The notes: a model not told the origin generated them from the letters alone. DNA of 64,000 nt from Bacteroidota bacterium (GCA_034189025.1 JAXHVS010000142.1:147-64146); one strand, 5' to 3'; counted from the first letter of the stretch, positions 28,232 through 38,000 are shown. A program made the numbers and translations.

Positions 28232-29392
28232 ATGGATACGCAAAAATTTAAAATTTTAATTATTGATGACAATCCAAAAAACCTACAGGTATTAGGAAAT
28301 TTGCTGGAAAAAAATCAATACAATGTTGAATATGCATTAAGTGGAAACGAGGCTTTGGAATGGATAAAATCAGAACAATTTGATTTAATACTTCTAGATA
28401 TTATGATGCCCGGGATGGATGGATATGAAGTGTGTGAAAACATTAGAAAAGATGAGAAGTACAGCGATATTCCAATTATTTTTTTAACGGCAAAAACCGA
28501 CAAAGAAAGTATTGTGAAAAGTTTTGAGCTTAATGCACAAGATTATGTAAGTAAACCTTTTGATACTGCAGAATTATTAGCTCGTATCAATACTCATCTT
28601 GAATTAAAAGACAGCCGCGATAAACTAAAGAATGTCAATCAGTGGTTAGAACAAAAAGTAGATGAAAAAACCAAGGCGTTGCAGGAAACCAATAAAAAAC
28701 TGGAAGAAGCACTAACCGAGTTGCAAAACCTCGATAAAATGAAATCTTATTTTTTAAATATGACCAGTACCGAAATCAAAACTCCTTTAACAGGGATTAT
28801 TGGTACTTTGCATGTGCTAAAAAATCAGGAAGCTTCGTTTGCCCTTAAAAACCTGATTAATTTACTGGAGAAATCGGTTTCCCGCCTCGAAAATTTTGCC
28901 AATAAAGCAATTTTAACCACTGAGCTAAGTTCGAAAACGTATGAGTTTAAACCTGAAGAAATTGATGTAGCTGAACTTGTAAGTTTTTGTATCTTAGAGT
29001 TAAACGAGGTATTAGGACAACGCAATATTGATATTGAGGAGCATTTGGATGATATAAAAATTTCCGGCGACAAAGATCTTTTATTTAAAGCGTTGCTTTT
29101 TTTAATTCGCAATGCAGCCGAACATACCAATGATGAATCTAAAATTGAAATTTCATTAAAAAACGAAGAGAAAGGAATTGTGCTTTCCATTCTCGATTTT
29201 GGGAAGGGCTTTAGTAAAGAAACAATTGAGGAAATATACTCTCCCTACCGGTTTAAAGAGGAAGCGTTTAATGAGAATAACGAACTGAGTATGTATATCG
29301 TAAAGTTAATTATGGATTATCATCATGGAGCGTTAAAGGTTTTTAATAAGGAGAATGCCGGCGCTTGCGTGGAATTGATTTTTACTAAATAA
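28232..29392 (+). CDS. Response-regulator receiver fused to a degenerate histidine-kinase-like module (phospho-acceptor His replaced)
   Basis: REC (LILLDIMMPGMDGYE ... SKPF). The HisKA-like helix reads MTSTEIKTPLTGIIG, with Thr (acc, 28769-28771) where the H-box His normally sits (S-H-E-I/L-R-T-P-L). The CA domain keeps N (LIRNAAEHT) and G1 (DFGKGF), but G2 (GxGL) is not evident. Confidence 0.75.
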   Translation: MDTQKFKILIIDDNPKNLQVLGNLLEKNQYNVEYALSGNEALEWIKSEQFDLILLDIMMPGMDGYEVCENIRKDEKYSDIPIIFLTAKTDKESIVKSFELNAQDYVSKPFDTAELLARINTHLELKDSRDKLKNVNQWLEQKVDEKTKALQETNKKLEEALTELQNLDKMKSYFLNMTSTEIKTPLTGIIGTLHVLKNQEASFALKNLINLLEKSVSRLENFANKAILTTELSSKTYEFKPEEIDVAELVSFCILELNEVLGQRNIDIEEHLDDIKISGDKDLLFKALLFLIRNAAEHTNDESKIEISLKNEEKGIVLSILDFGKGFSKETIEEIYSPYRFKEEAFNENNELSMYIVKLIMDYHHGALKVFNKENAGACVELIFTK

Positions 29393-29402
29393 TGTTGTTA
29401 GA

Positions 29403-32400
29403 ATGAATAAATTACTGCTTGAAAGTTTAATCCGATTGTTTGCGTTTATTGCAGCGCTTCATCCATTCCTATATATTGATAATGTAAAATTATTTATTCA
29501 ATCATTTTTGCGTAAAGAGTTTTCGGCCGATATTTTGAACGATTATCTGATATTCTTCAATAACTATTATGATGAATATACATCGAATCGTAAATATGCC
29601 GGGGAAAATGATTTATCGAAATTTATTCAGCAACATATTTCGGAGCTAGTAAACGAATTATATATTTCCGACCGCTTTCTGTTATTAATTCGGTTATTGT
29701 TCTTCCATAAATTTTTACTTAAATATCAAAAATTAGCTAAAGAATCAGAAACTTTGAGTATTAATTCGATTACCCTGGAAATTTCCCGTGCATTAAATAT
29801 ACATGAGGCCGATTATCGTAATTGTAAATCTTTTATTTTCGAGAAATTATACGATATAAAACAAAAGGACAATCTTTTGGTTGTAGGTAGTAAGAATCTG
29901 GCAAAAACGGGTATTCATTTTATCGAGCGCGAAAAATTAAAGGGTAATATTTATTTTCTGAAAATTACGGGAGCTAATATTTTACTTTTTTATTATAAAG
30001 GATCGGATAAGATTACGATTGATGATTTTAATATTTTTCCCGAAAATATTTATATTTTTCACCTGGGCTCAAAAATTGATGGAGAAACCATTGATCCGCT
30101 ATATTATAACGAAGTAGCCCGCGAATTTGAATCAGAAAGTAATATCACGGTTCAGTTAAAAGCTCAGGAAATAGAATTTACTTTTCCACATAGCAATAAT
30201 GGTATTCATCAATTGTCATTTGCTGCAGAATCAGGCCAGATGATTGGTGTTATAGGGAAAAGCGGAGTGGGAAAATCAACACTGATTAATCTTTTAACAG
30301 GTTCATTAAAACCGAAATCAGGGAAAATATTAATCAATAACTATGATATTTTTAAAGAGCAAAAATATATTGAGGGGCTAATTGGATATATCCCACAGGA
30401 TGACCTGCTTATAGAAGAATTAACGGTTTTTGAAAATTTGTATTTAAGCTCTAAACTTTGTTTAGGAAATTTAAATAAAGCAGAAATTGTACAACAAGTA
30501 GAGATATTATTAAAAAATCTTAATTTATTTGAGGTTAAAGACTTAAAAGTAGGAACACCGTTAAATAAGTTTATCAGTGGGGGACAGCGTAAGCGTTTAA
30601 ACATAGCCCTAGAGTTAATTCGTGAACCCTGGATTTTATTTGCCGACGAGCCCACCTCTGGCCTGGCTATTTCCGATGCCGATGAAATTATGGAGTTGTT
30701 AACCCATCAGGCAGCAAAAGGGAAAATTGTTTTTGCCAATATTCATCAGCCTTCATCGGAGCATTTTAAAATATTCGATAAAATCCTGGTGCTTGATAAA
30801 GAAGGATATCCTGTATATTATGGGAATCCTGTAGATTCTATTCATTATTTTAACGAAGCAGCCAACAAATTTGTTAAACTTTCAGACAAATGCCAGTTAT
30901 GCGGAAATGTAAACCACGAAACGGTTTTTAATATATTATCTGAAAAAAAAGTCGACAGCAAGGGGTTATTACTTAATGAGCGGAAAATACCTGTAAAGCA
31001 ATGGCATCAATATTATTTAAAGAGTATACCCGAAGAGATAAAATCAGAAAACAGTGAGAAAGGGAACCTGCCTAATATACAGTTCAGAAAACCATCTGCA
31101 ATTAAACAGTTTATCGTTTTTTTACAACGTAATGTTTTAAGAAAAGTCACAAATCATCAATATGTTGCTTTTTCACTGTTAATTACCCCGTTACTTGCTG
31201 TTATTCTAGCATTAATAACCCGTTCCGGCATTGATAAGATAACTGGTAAATATTCTTTTATCTTAAACGATAATATTCCGGCCTACCTTTTTATGTGTGT
31301 TATTGTTTCATTGTTTGTTGGGTTGGTTATTAGTGCCGAAGAAATTTTTCGTGACCGCAAAATGTTAAAACGCGAGCAATTTCTTAACCTGGATAAAACC
31401 GCGTATTTGTTTTCTAAATTATCTTTACTTTTTTTTGTCAGCATGGTACAAACGGTTTTATATGTTGTTATTGGGAATGCCATACTGGCCATTGACGGAA
31501 TGTTCTGGCAATATACGCTGGTTTTATTTACAACTTCTTGCTTTGCCAATACATTGGGATTACTAATTTCTTCATTGTTTAACTCTGTTGTTGTTATTTA
31601 TATCCTTGTTCCTTTGTTAATTGTCCCTCAAATATTGTTAAGCGGTACTATTGTTCAATATGATAAATTGAATGAGAAAATAAAATCGGAAAAATATGTT
31701 CCTGTAATTGGCGATATGATGGTATCAAGATGGGCTTACGAAGCGCTTGTTGTTACCCAGTTTAAGGATAACAGGTTTCAAAAACACTATTTCCCTGTCG
31801 AACAAAAAATAAGTAACCTAAAATATGATTTGTTATTTGTGATTTCCGAGGCCGAAGGGGCATTAGAGGAGATAAAATATGGAATAGATAAAGAGTTAAA
31901 TCAGCAGATAGATTTTATTTGGTCGTTAATTACTCAACTGGATAACAAATATAATATTAATATCTCGGAAAAAGTGTTTAATCGTTTGCCTGATGATGAA
32001 GCCCGAATGGCAATAGCGCAGGAGTTGAGACAATTAAAAAAGGAGTTAAATGAAAATATTAACCATTTTATGTATACCAAAGATAGTATTACAAATGTTT
32101 TGGTAAAATATCTTGGTGGGATTGATGAATATAATCAGCTGAAGAATAAGTATTACAATAATAACCTGGCCGAAATGGTTTTAAATCGTAGTACTTTTAA
32201 TCCTGCCGAAAAAAGCATGCATTCCAACGAATTAATCCGAAAAATTGAACCCATTTATCATAAACCCTTGTCCAATTATGGAAGGGCACACTTTTTGTCA
32301 TCTGTAAAAATTATTGGTAAGCGCGAGTTTAATACTTTATATTTTAATATTTTTGTTATCTGGATGATTTCAATCGTATTATTTATTATTTTAGATATTA

Positions 32401-32432
32401 CTTTTAAAAATAAAAATTTAATTATAAAATAA
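29403..32432 (+). CDS. ABCG-type (ABC-2) fused ATPase-permease with ~270-aa N-terminal and ~240-aa C-terminal extensions
   Basis: Walker A GVIGKSGVGKSTL, signature ISGGQRKRLNIALEL, Walker B ILFADEPTSGLA, H-loop NIHQPS, then 5-6 TM of ABC-2 type. No motif recognised in residues 1-270. A long soluble stretch follows the membrane domain and ends in one more TM (IFVIWMISIVLFIILDI). Confidence 0.85.
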   Translation: MNKLLLESLIRLFAFIAALHPFLYIDNVKLFIQSFLRKEFSADILNDYLIFFNNYYDEYTSNRKYAGENDLSKFIQQHISELVNELYISDRFLLLIRLLFFHKFLLKYQKLAKESETLSINSITLEISRALNIHEADYRNCKSFIFEKLYDIKQKDNLLVVGSKNLAKTGIHFIEREKLKGNIYFLKITGANILLFYYKGSDKITIDDFNIFPENIYIFHLGSKIDGETIDPLYYNEVAREFESESNITVQLKAQEIEFTFPHSNNGIHQLSFAAESGQMIGVIGKSGVGKSTLINLLTGSLKPKSGKILINNYDIFKEQKYIEGLIGYIPQDDLLIEELTVFENLYLSSKLCLGNLNKAEIVQQVEILLKNLNLFEVKDLKVGTPLNKFISGGQRKRLNIALELIREPWILFADEPTSGLAISDADEIMELLTHQAAKGKIVFANIHQPSSEHFKIFDKILVLDKEGYPVYYGNPVDSIHYFNEAANKFVKLSDKCQLCGNVNHETVFNILSEKKVDSKGLLLNERKIPVKQWHQYYLKSIPEEIKSENSEKGNLPNIQFRKPSAIKQFIVFLQRNVLRKVTNHQYVAFSLLITPLLAVILALITRSGIDKITGKYSFILNDNIPAYLFMCVIVSLFVGLVISAEEIFRDRKMLKREQFLNLDKTAYLFSKLSLLFFVSMVQTVLYVVIGNAILAIDGMFWQYTLVLFTTSCFANTLGLLISSLFNSVVVIYILVPLLIVPQILLSGTIVQYDKLNEKIKSEKYVPVIGDMMVSRWAYEALVVTQFKDNRFQKHYFPVEQKISNLKYDLLFVISEAEGALEEIKYGIDKELNQQIDFIWSLITQLDNKYNINISEKVFNRLPDDEARMAIAQELRQLKKELNENINHFMYTKDSITNVLVKYLGGIDEYNQLKNKYYNNNLAEMVLNRSTFNPAEKSMHSNELIRKIEPIYHKPLSNYGRAHFLSSVKIIGKREFNTLYFNIFVIWMISIVLFIILDITFKNKNLIIK

Positions 32433-32438
32433 AAATTT

Positions 32439-33332
32439 ATGAAATACAGCTATATCTTATTACCTGTTCTTGTCTTTATTTTAATTTTTAGCGGATGTAA
32501 TTCATGCAAGAAAGAAAAAAAGGAAACTTCAGAAAAAACTGAAGTCACAGAAGCTATTCGTATACAAGATACTTTAAACGAAGTAATTTATGTGTTGCCA
32601 TCGCCCAATGAAATTTTAGCTGAAATTTTTATGGATGAGGTGAAAATTAACCTATCATTTGTTAATCCTTATACAAATGCTAAAAATTATTTGGATACAC
32701 GAAGCCAGGCTGTTAATTTGGGTGTATATATTGCTGATTTTGCATACCTGAGTTACTCTTTCGAAAATACAACCGAGTTAGAATATTTGAAAGTTATCAA
32801 GAAATTATCGGAGGATGTAAATATCTATGGTTTAATGGAGAATAAAACCATGGAGCGTATTCAAAATAATCTTACAGAAAAGGATTCATTAAATAAAATC
32901 TCTCAGGAGCTATATTATAAAATCTCTAATAACCTGGAGAATTCAAACAGGGAAAATATTTTTACTTTAATTTCTACCGGAGCTATTGTAGAATCATTGT
33001 ACTTATCTGTAATGCTTGTCGATGATTTTGATGATTATAAAGAGATTATTGAAAAGATGTATGAGCAGAAGTTTGTTTTTGATAATTTTTACGAATATGC
33101 TCAGGTATATGCTGATGATCCTTACGTAAAATTGATTATTGACCAACTTGAAGTTTTAAAACAAACATTTGATCAGCTAAATAAAGAAGAGAAGGAGCAA
33201 AAGGTTGTTGATGAAGAGGGGAAAATGAGATTTGCCGGAGGATCGAAATTTGTTGTAGATAATAAGAATTTTGATCAATTTAAAACCAATATTATTTCTA
33301 TTCGAAACGAAATTATAAAACCTAATAATTAA
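32439..33332 (+). CDS. Uncharacterised helical lipoprotein (paralog of 34865..35755)
   Basis: Lipobox LIFSGC. 297 aa. Colinear by eye with 34865..35755 (e.g. NLGVYIADFAYLSY / NLGIYLADLAYAAF; ISTGAIVESLYLSVMLVDDF / ISAGTYIESIYLSLCLVDKF; FKTNIISIRNEI / FLNTIRKIRNEI). Confidence 0.7.
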   Translation: MKYSYILLPVLVFILIFSGCNSCKKEKKETSEKTEVTEAIRIQDTLNEVIYVLPSPNEILAEIFMDEVKINLSFVNPYTNAKNYLDTRSQAVNLGVYIADFAYLSYSFENTTELEYLKVIKKLSEDVNIYGLMENKTMERIQNNLTEKDSLNKISQELYYKISNNLENSNRENIFTLISTGAIVESLYLSVMLVDDFDDYKEIIEKMYEQKFVFDNFYEYAQVYADDPYVKLIIDQLEVLKQTFDQLNKEEKEQKVVDEEGKMRFAGGSKFVVDNKNFDQFKTNIISIRNEIIKPNN

Positions 33333-33377
33333 TTATGGCATTTTATATGCATTGAAATATATTAAAAGAGTAACAAA

Positions 33378-33860
33378 ATGAAAAATTACAATATATTTTT
33401 AGTTTTTACACTTTTCGTTTTTATCGCTTTAATACCGGTTAAGCATGTTAATGCTCAATATTGCGACCGGTTTCACGAGACTTCTTCATGCAGGTTATCC
33501 AATGATGGCAGCTTTAAGCCTTACGGACAATCGAAAAGTGCTATGGTAGAGATAAAAAAAACATTTGAGTATAAGCTGGTTTTGTATGGTGAAAAAGATT
33601 TTAAGATTGGTATTTGTACCGAAGACGGTTTTGGGCCGGTACACTTCAAAATAATAAATGCCCGTAACAAAAAAGTTTTATACGATAATATGACCGATGA
33701 TTATATTGAATCAATAGGTTTTACTAATGATTTTACTCAAAGTGTTATCATTGAAATAACAGTATTAGCTGAAGATATTGAACCCGAAGATGCTTATGAT
33801 ACCCGGGCGTGTGTAGGTGTTAATATTTTATGGCGTAAAGCACCTAAAATTGGATTCTAG
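33378..33860 (+). CDS. Small secreted protein, uncharacterised
   Basis: 160 aa, signal peptide ending VNAQ, 4 Cys. Its stop abuts the next ATG. Confidence 0.6.
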   Translation: MKNYNIFLVFTLFVFIALIPVKHVNAQYCDRFHETSSCRLSNDGSFKPYGQSKSAMVEIKKTFEYKLVLYGEKDFKIGICTEDGFGPVHFKIINARNKKVLYDNMTDDYIESIGFTNDFTQSVIIEITVLAEDIEPEDAYDTRACVGVNILWRKAPKIGF

Positions 33861-34646
33861 ATGAGAATATTGTTTATTTTACTAGCTGTTGTATCGTTTT
33901 CGGTTAATTTATTTGCACAGAATCTTGTCCCTAATCCTAGTTTTGAAGTGTATGATGAGTGCCCTTACGATATGACAATATACCCTCAAAAAAAATTAAT
34001 TCCTCACTGGTATATGCCTAATCGGGGAACAAGCGATTATTTTAATAGTTGTACAAATTTGCAGGTTAGTGTTCCTACTAATTTTATTGGGAACCTATGG
34101 GCGTATGATGGACATGCATATGCAGGAATTGTATTACTCGAAATGCATGTAGAGGATACGGCCGGGAAAAAAGACCAGAACTATCGTGAATATTTGCAGA
34201 CAGAAATAAAAAGGCCATTGCTTAAAAACCATTATTACCTGGTTAAGTTGCATTATGCTGTGGCAACTTATTCAACTTATGCTGTTAACCGCCTGGGAAT
34301 CTATTTTTCCAAAGAGCAGATTAAAAACAGACGAACTTATCAAACACTTGAGTACGATCCACAGGTTGTTATTCCTGAAGACACTATTCTTACCGAAACC
34401 AATATTTGGTATACTTTATATGATACAATTAAAGCAAGTGGAGGGGAGAAGTATATTACGATTGGGAATTTTTATCTTGATAAAAAAACCGATTTTGCAA
34501 AACTAGATATCTCACAATTTAATTTACCATTACAAGATCATATTAACAATAACGGACTTGCCTATTACTACATTGATATGGTTTCTGTTGAGGAGCTGGT
34601 TCGTAAAGATACTGAAAAATGTACACCACACATTCCTGTGCGTTGA
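33861..34646 (+). CDS. Secreted protein, uncharacterised
   Basis: 261 aa, signal peptide ...NLFAQ. The N-terminal NLVPNPSFEVYDECPYD...HWYMPNRGTSDYFNSC motif is, to my recollection, seen at the N-termini of Bacteroidota outer-membrane-associated proteins. ATG immediately follows the previous TAG. Confidence 0.6.
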   Translation: MRILFILLAVVSFSVNLFAQNLVPNPSFEVYDECPYDMTIYPQKKLIPHWYMPNRGTSDYFNSCTNLQVSVPTNFIGNLWAYDGHAYAGIVLLEMHVEDTAGKKDQNYREYLQTEIKRPLLKNHYYLVKLHYAVATYSTYAVNRLGIYFSKEQIKNRRTYQTLEYDPQVVIPEDTILTETNIWYTLYDTIKASGGEKYITIGNFYLDKKTDFAKLDISQFNLPLQDHINNNGLAYYYIDMVSVEELVRKDTEKCTPHIPVR

Positions 34647-34649
34647 AAT

Positions 34650-34850
34650 TATAGTGAAGGTTTCCCCCTGAACGAGGGCTCACTTTATTTATGGATGGAT
34701 CACCGGCTTCCAACCGGTTAATTTCAATATCCAGTCCCGGTGTTTTAAAAAAATGCCAAGACTTTTAAGTTTAAATCACTATCAGCAGTTTACATAATAT
34801 TATTGAGTGCTTCGCTTTGAACGAACCCCTCACTTTAACCCAAGCCTCTA
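34650..34850 (-). repeat. GC-rich structured intergenic repeat, copy D (inverted relative to A/B)
   Basis: The reverse complement of 34693-34720 is TAACCGGTTGGAAGCCGGTGATCCATCC, against copy A TACCGGCTGCAAGCCGGTGATCCATAC. The element is bounded by direct motifs TGAACGA-gggc-TCACTTTA (34669-34687) and TGAACGA-acccc-TCACTTTA (34818-34837). Confidence 0.6.
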
Positions 34851-34864
34851 TTTCCTAAAAATTA

Positions 34865-35755
34865 TTAATTTAAGGTAATTTCATTCCTTATTTTTCGGAT
34901 AGTATTGAGGAATGAATTAAACTGTTCCTCATTCATAACTACTTTTTCAGCACTTTTAAAACGAACTGTACCATTGGGGTTTTTTATAAAAATCAATTTT
35001 CCTTTATCTTCAACCTTGAATTGGTTGTACAAACTTATAATCTTTTCTAAATAAGGAATAACTTCTTTTACATTGTAATCTTTATCATATAACTTACTTG
35101 TATTTAATAAGCTGACAAAAGCATTTTTTTGGCCGGCAATTTGTTTAATCAATTCATTTTCATCAGAAAACTTATCTACCAAACAAAGTGATAAATAAAT
35201 ACTCTCAATATAGGTTCCTGCACTAATAATAACCATTAAACTATTGCTATTATTATACTCAAGTTCCTGCATTATTTCATAGTAATATACATTGGTTAGA
35301 TGGTAAATAGAATCCAGGTTTTCCATGTTCTGAATAAGATCTTCTTTCATTTTTGCTTTGGTCTCAGCTGAAATAAGTAGATCATTACTCGTTTGACTAA
35401 TTACATCAACATATTTTGTAATTTGATTTCTTTTTGAAAAGAATGCTGCATAAGCTAAATCGGCAAGATAAATACCCAGGTTTAAGTTTTTAGTTTTGGT
35501 ATTTAGGTATTGATTCACATTACCTGCCGGATTAAGGTATTGATTATTAAAGTTTAAATGCTCTTTTTCAATTACATCTAATAATTCATCTGGAGTTGGA
35601 TATGTATATAGTATTTCTTGTGATATTAATGTGTCTGATTGGTTGAAGGGTTGATGATGTTGCGATCTTAAGGTAAATGAATAAAGACTGATTAAAATTA
35701 CAAGTAAAATTTGTAATAAGTGATAAGCTTTGATTTTTAATCTTAGTTGGTTCAT
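34865..35755 (-). CDS. Uncharacterised exported helical protein (paralog of 32439..33332)
   Basis: The track ORF starts at 35842. The ATG at 35755 (MNQLRLKIKAYHLLQILLVILISLYSF) gives a signal/anchor sequence and 296 aa, matching the 297-aa paralog. Confidence 0.65.
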   Translation of the reverse strand: MNQLRLKIKAYHLLQILLVILISLYSFTLRSQHHQPFNQSDTLISQEILYTYPTPDELLDVIEKEHLNFNNQYLNPAGNVNQYLNTKTKNLNLGIYLADLAYAAFFSKRNQITKYVDVISQTSNDLLISAETKAKMKEDLIQNMENLDSIYHLTNVYYYEIMQELEYNNSNSLMVIISAGTYIESIYLSLCLVDKFSDENELIKQIAGQKNAFVSLLNTSKLYDKDYNVKEVIPYLEKIISLYNQFKVEDKGKLIFIKNPNGTVRFKSAEKVVMNEEQFNSFLNTIRKIRNEITLN

Positions 35756-36137
35756 ATAGATACTGTTCTTATTATATATAATACAATTTTTTTTATTTAA
35801 CGTAAATCTTAAAATTACGTTACTCCAGTAATTTTTTATCATTAATAAAAAACGATTAATTAGATTCCGTGTATAAAATTATAATAAGAGTGTAAAAATC
35901 ACTAATAAAGCGTTTTAAAGAAATGCACGAAATCTTTAAATTGTTTTAAATTAATAAATAATTAGCTATATGCTACAATTATTTTTTGTGAAATAAAGAT
36001 AATTTGCCTGTTTTATCAACAATTTTTTGTCATTTGTTGATACTTTTAAAGTTTTTGTCAAAAAAAAGTTTTTTAATTTGTTGGATGTTAAGGATTAATT
36101 AATTAAAATTGATGCTGTTTTAATATCTGGTAAAGAT

Positions 36138-36563
36138 ATGGAAGTTGATAAATCCGTTAAAAAAATAGAACAATCTGAAAACATCTTTGAAGGTAAAAAA
36201 ATACTTATTGTAGAAGATGATGATATTGGATACTCTTTGTTGAGGGAGATATTTGCTTATTATGAATTTACTATCGAACGAGCAAAAGATGGGTTAGAGG
36301 CCATTGAGTATTTTAAACATCATAAATATGCTTTTGATTTAGTGTTAATGGATCTTCGATTACCCAATATGAATGGTTTTGAAGCTACTTCTAGTATAAA
36401 AGATATTAATCCTTCGATTCCAGTTATTGCTGTTACTGCTTATGTTAACTCACAGAGTATTTACGATAGCCAGAATTGTGGCTGTGATGAGTTTATTGCC
36501 AAACCCTTTGAAATAAAATATCTTATATATATTGTTCAACAATATCTATCCGTTAAGAATTAA
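36138..36563 (+). CDS. Stand-alone response-regulator receiver (CheY-like)
   Basis: 141 aa. ILIVEDDD, LVLMDLRLPNMNGFE, AVTAY, AKPF. Confidence 0.85.
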   Translation: MEVDKSVKKIEQSENIFEGKKILIVEDDDIGYSLLREIFAYYEFTIERAKDGLEAIEYFKHHKYAFDLVLMDLRLPNMNGFEATSSIKDINPSIPVIAVTAYVNSQSIYDSQNCGCDEFIAKPFEIKYLIYIVQQYLSVKN

Positions 36564-36697
36564 TTTTATTATACCTCTATAACATTTAATTATTTCATTG
36601 TATTTCTATTGATTCCTGTAAATTAATTTTTTATTCATTTTATAATTCTATAATTTTGGACAGATTATTTTTTTGATATTATTTAAATAATAACATT

Positions 36698-37978
36698 ATG
36701 AACAGAGATACAAGAATATTTGACCTGATCAATCAGGAAAAGGAGAGACAAATTAATGGAATTGAGCTTATTGCCTCGGAAAATTTTGTGAGCGACCAGG
36801 TTTTAGAAGCAATGGGGTCGGTAATGACGAATAAATATGCAGAAGGATATCCCGGAAAACGATATTATGGTGGTTGTGAGGTTGTTGACCAATCAGAAGA
36901 TCTGGCTCGTGAACGATTAAAGGAATTGTTTAATGCAGAGTGGGTTAATGTTCAACCACACTCGGGTGCACAGGCAAATGCTGCTGTATTTATGACCGTT
37001 CTTGAGGCTGGTGATACGTTTATGGGGTTGGACCTTGCACATGGAGGCCACTTATCGCATGGATCTCCTGTAAATTTATCCGGAATATTATATCGCCCAG
37101 TATCCTATGGTGTAAAAGAAGATACCGGATTAGTGGATTACGATATGATGGAAGAAGTTGCTTTGAAAGAAAAACCAAAAATGATTGTAGGAGGAGCTTC
37201 AGCATATTCTCGTGAGTGGGATTACAAGCGTATGCGCGAAATTGCCGATAAAATCGACGCTATTTTAATGATCGATATGGCTCACCCTGCCGGATTAATT
37301 GCTGCCGGATTATTGAATAACCCGCTGGAGTTTGCTCATATTGTAACTTCTACTACACACAAAACTTTACGTGGGCCCAGAGGTGGTATTATATTAATGG
37401 GAAAAGATTTTGAAAATCCATGGGGAAAAACAACCAAAAAAGGAGTGGTACGAAAAATGTCTTCTTTACTAGATTCCGGAGTATTTCCCGGAACACAGGG
37501 GGGGCCTCTTGAACACATTATTGCTGCTAAAGCGGTTGCTTTTAATGAAGCATTAACGCCTGAGTTTAAAGAATATCAAAAACAGGTAAAAAAGAATGCC
37601 GCTGTTATGGCCGATGAATTTATAAAGAACGGTTATAAAGTAATTTCAGGTGGTACCGATAATCACTCCATGTTGATTGACCTAAGAACAAAATTCCCTG
37701 AAATTACCGGTAAGCAGGTAGAAAATACATTGGTAAAAGCACACATAACCATTAATAAAAATATGGTACCTTTTGATTCACGTTCACCATTCCAAACTTC
37801 AGGGATCAGGGTTGGAACGGCAGCTATTACAACACGCGGGATCAAAGAGGATAAAATACCTGCTATTGTTGATTATATCGACCAGGTAATATCTAATATC
37901 GAAGATGAAAATAAAATCAATGAGGTTGGAGTTCAGGTAAAAGAGATGATGAGCAAATACCCCTTGTTTGCGTATTAA
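36698..37978 (+). CDS. glyA: Serine hydroxymethyltransferase
   Basis: [25 protein letters not shown]-lysine motif [14 protein letters not shown]. Confidence 0.95.
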   Translation: MNRDTRIFDLINQEKERQINGIELIASENFVSDQVLEAMGSVMTNKYAEGYPGKRYYGGCEVVDQSEDLARERLKELFNAEWVNVQPHSGAQANAAVFMTVLEAGDTFMGLDLAHGGHLSHGSPVNLSGILYRPVSYGVKEDTGLVDYDMMEEVALKEKPKMIVGGASAYSREWDYKRMREIADKIDAILMIDMAHPAGLIAAGLLNNPLEFAHIVTSTTHKTLRGPRGGIILMGKDFENPWGKTTKKGVVRKMSSLLDSGVFPGTQGGPLEHIIAAKAVAFNEALTPEFKEYQKQVKKNAAVMADEFIKNGYKVISGGTDNHSMLIDLRTKFPEITGKQVENTLVKAHITINKNMVPFDSRSPFQTSGIRVGTAAITTRGIKEDKIPAIVDYIDQVISNIEDENKINEVGVQVKEMMSKYPLFAY

Positions 37979-38000
37979 AAAAAGTTAATGAATAAAAATT

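Noticed and set aside
36651-36658. TAATTTTG box upstream of glyA and TAGATTTG (7669-7676) upstream of the first MFS gene
   Set aside because: Both match TAnnTTTG but lack a correctly spaced -33 TTTG. This is too weak to list as promoters.
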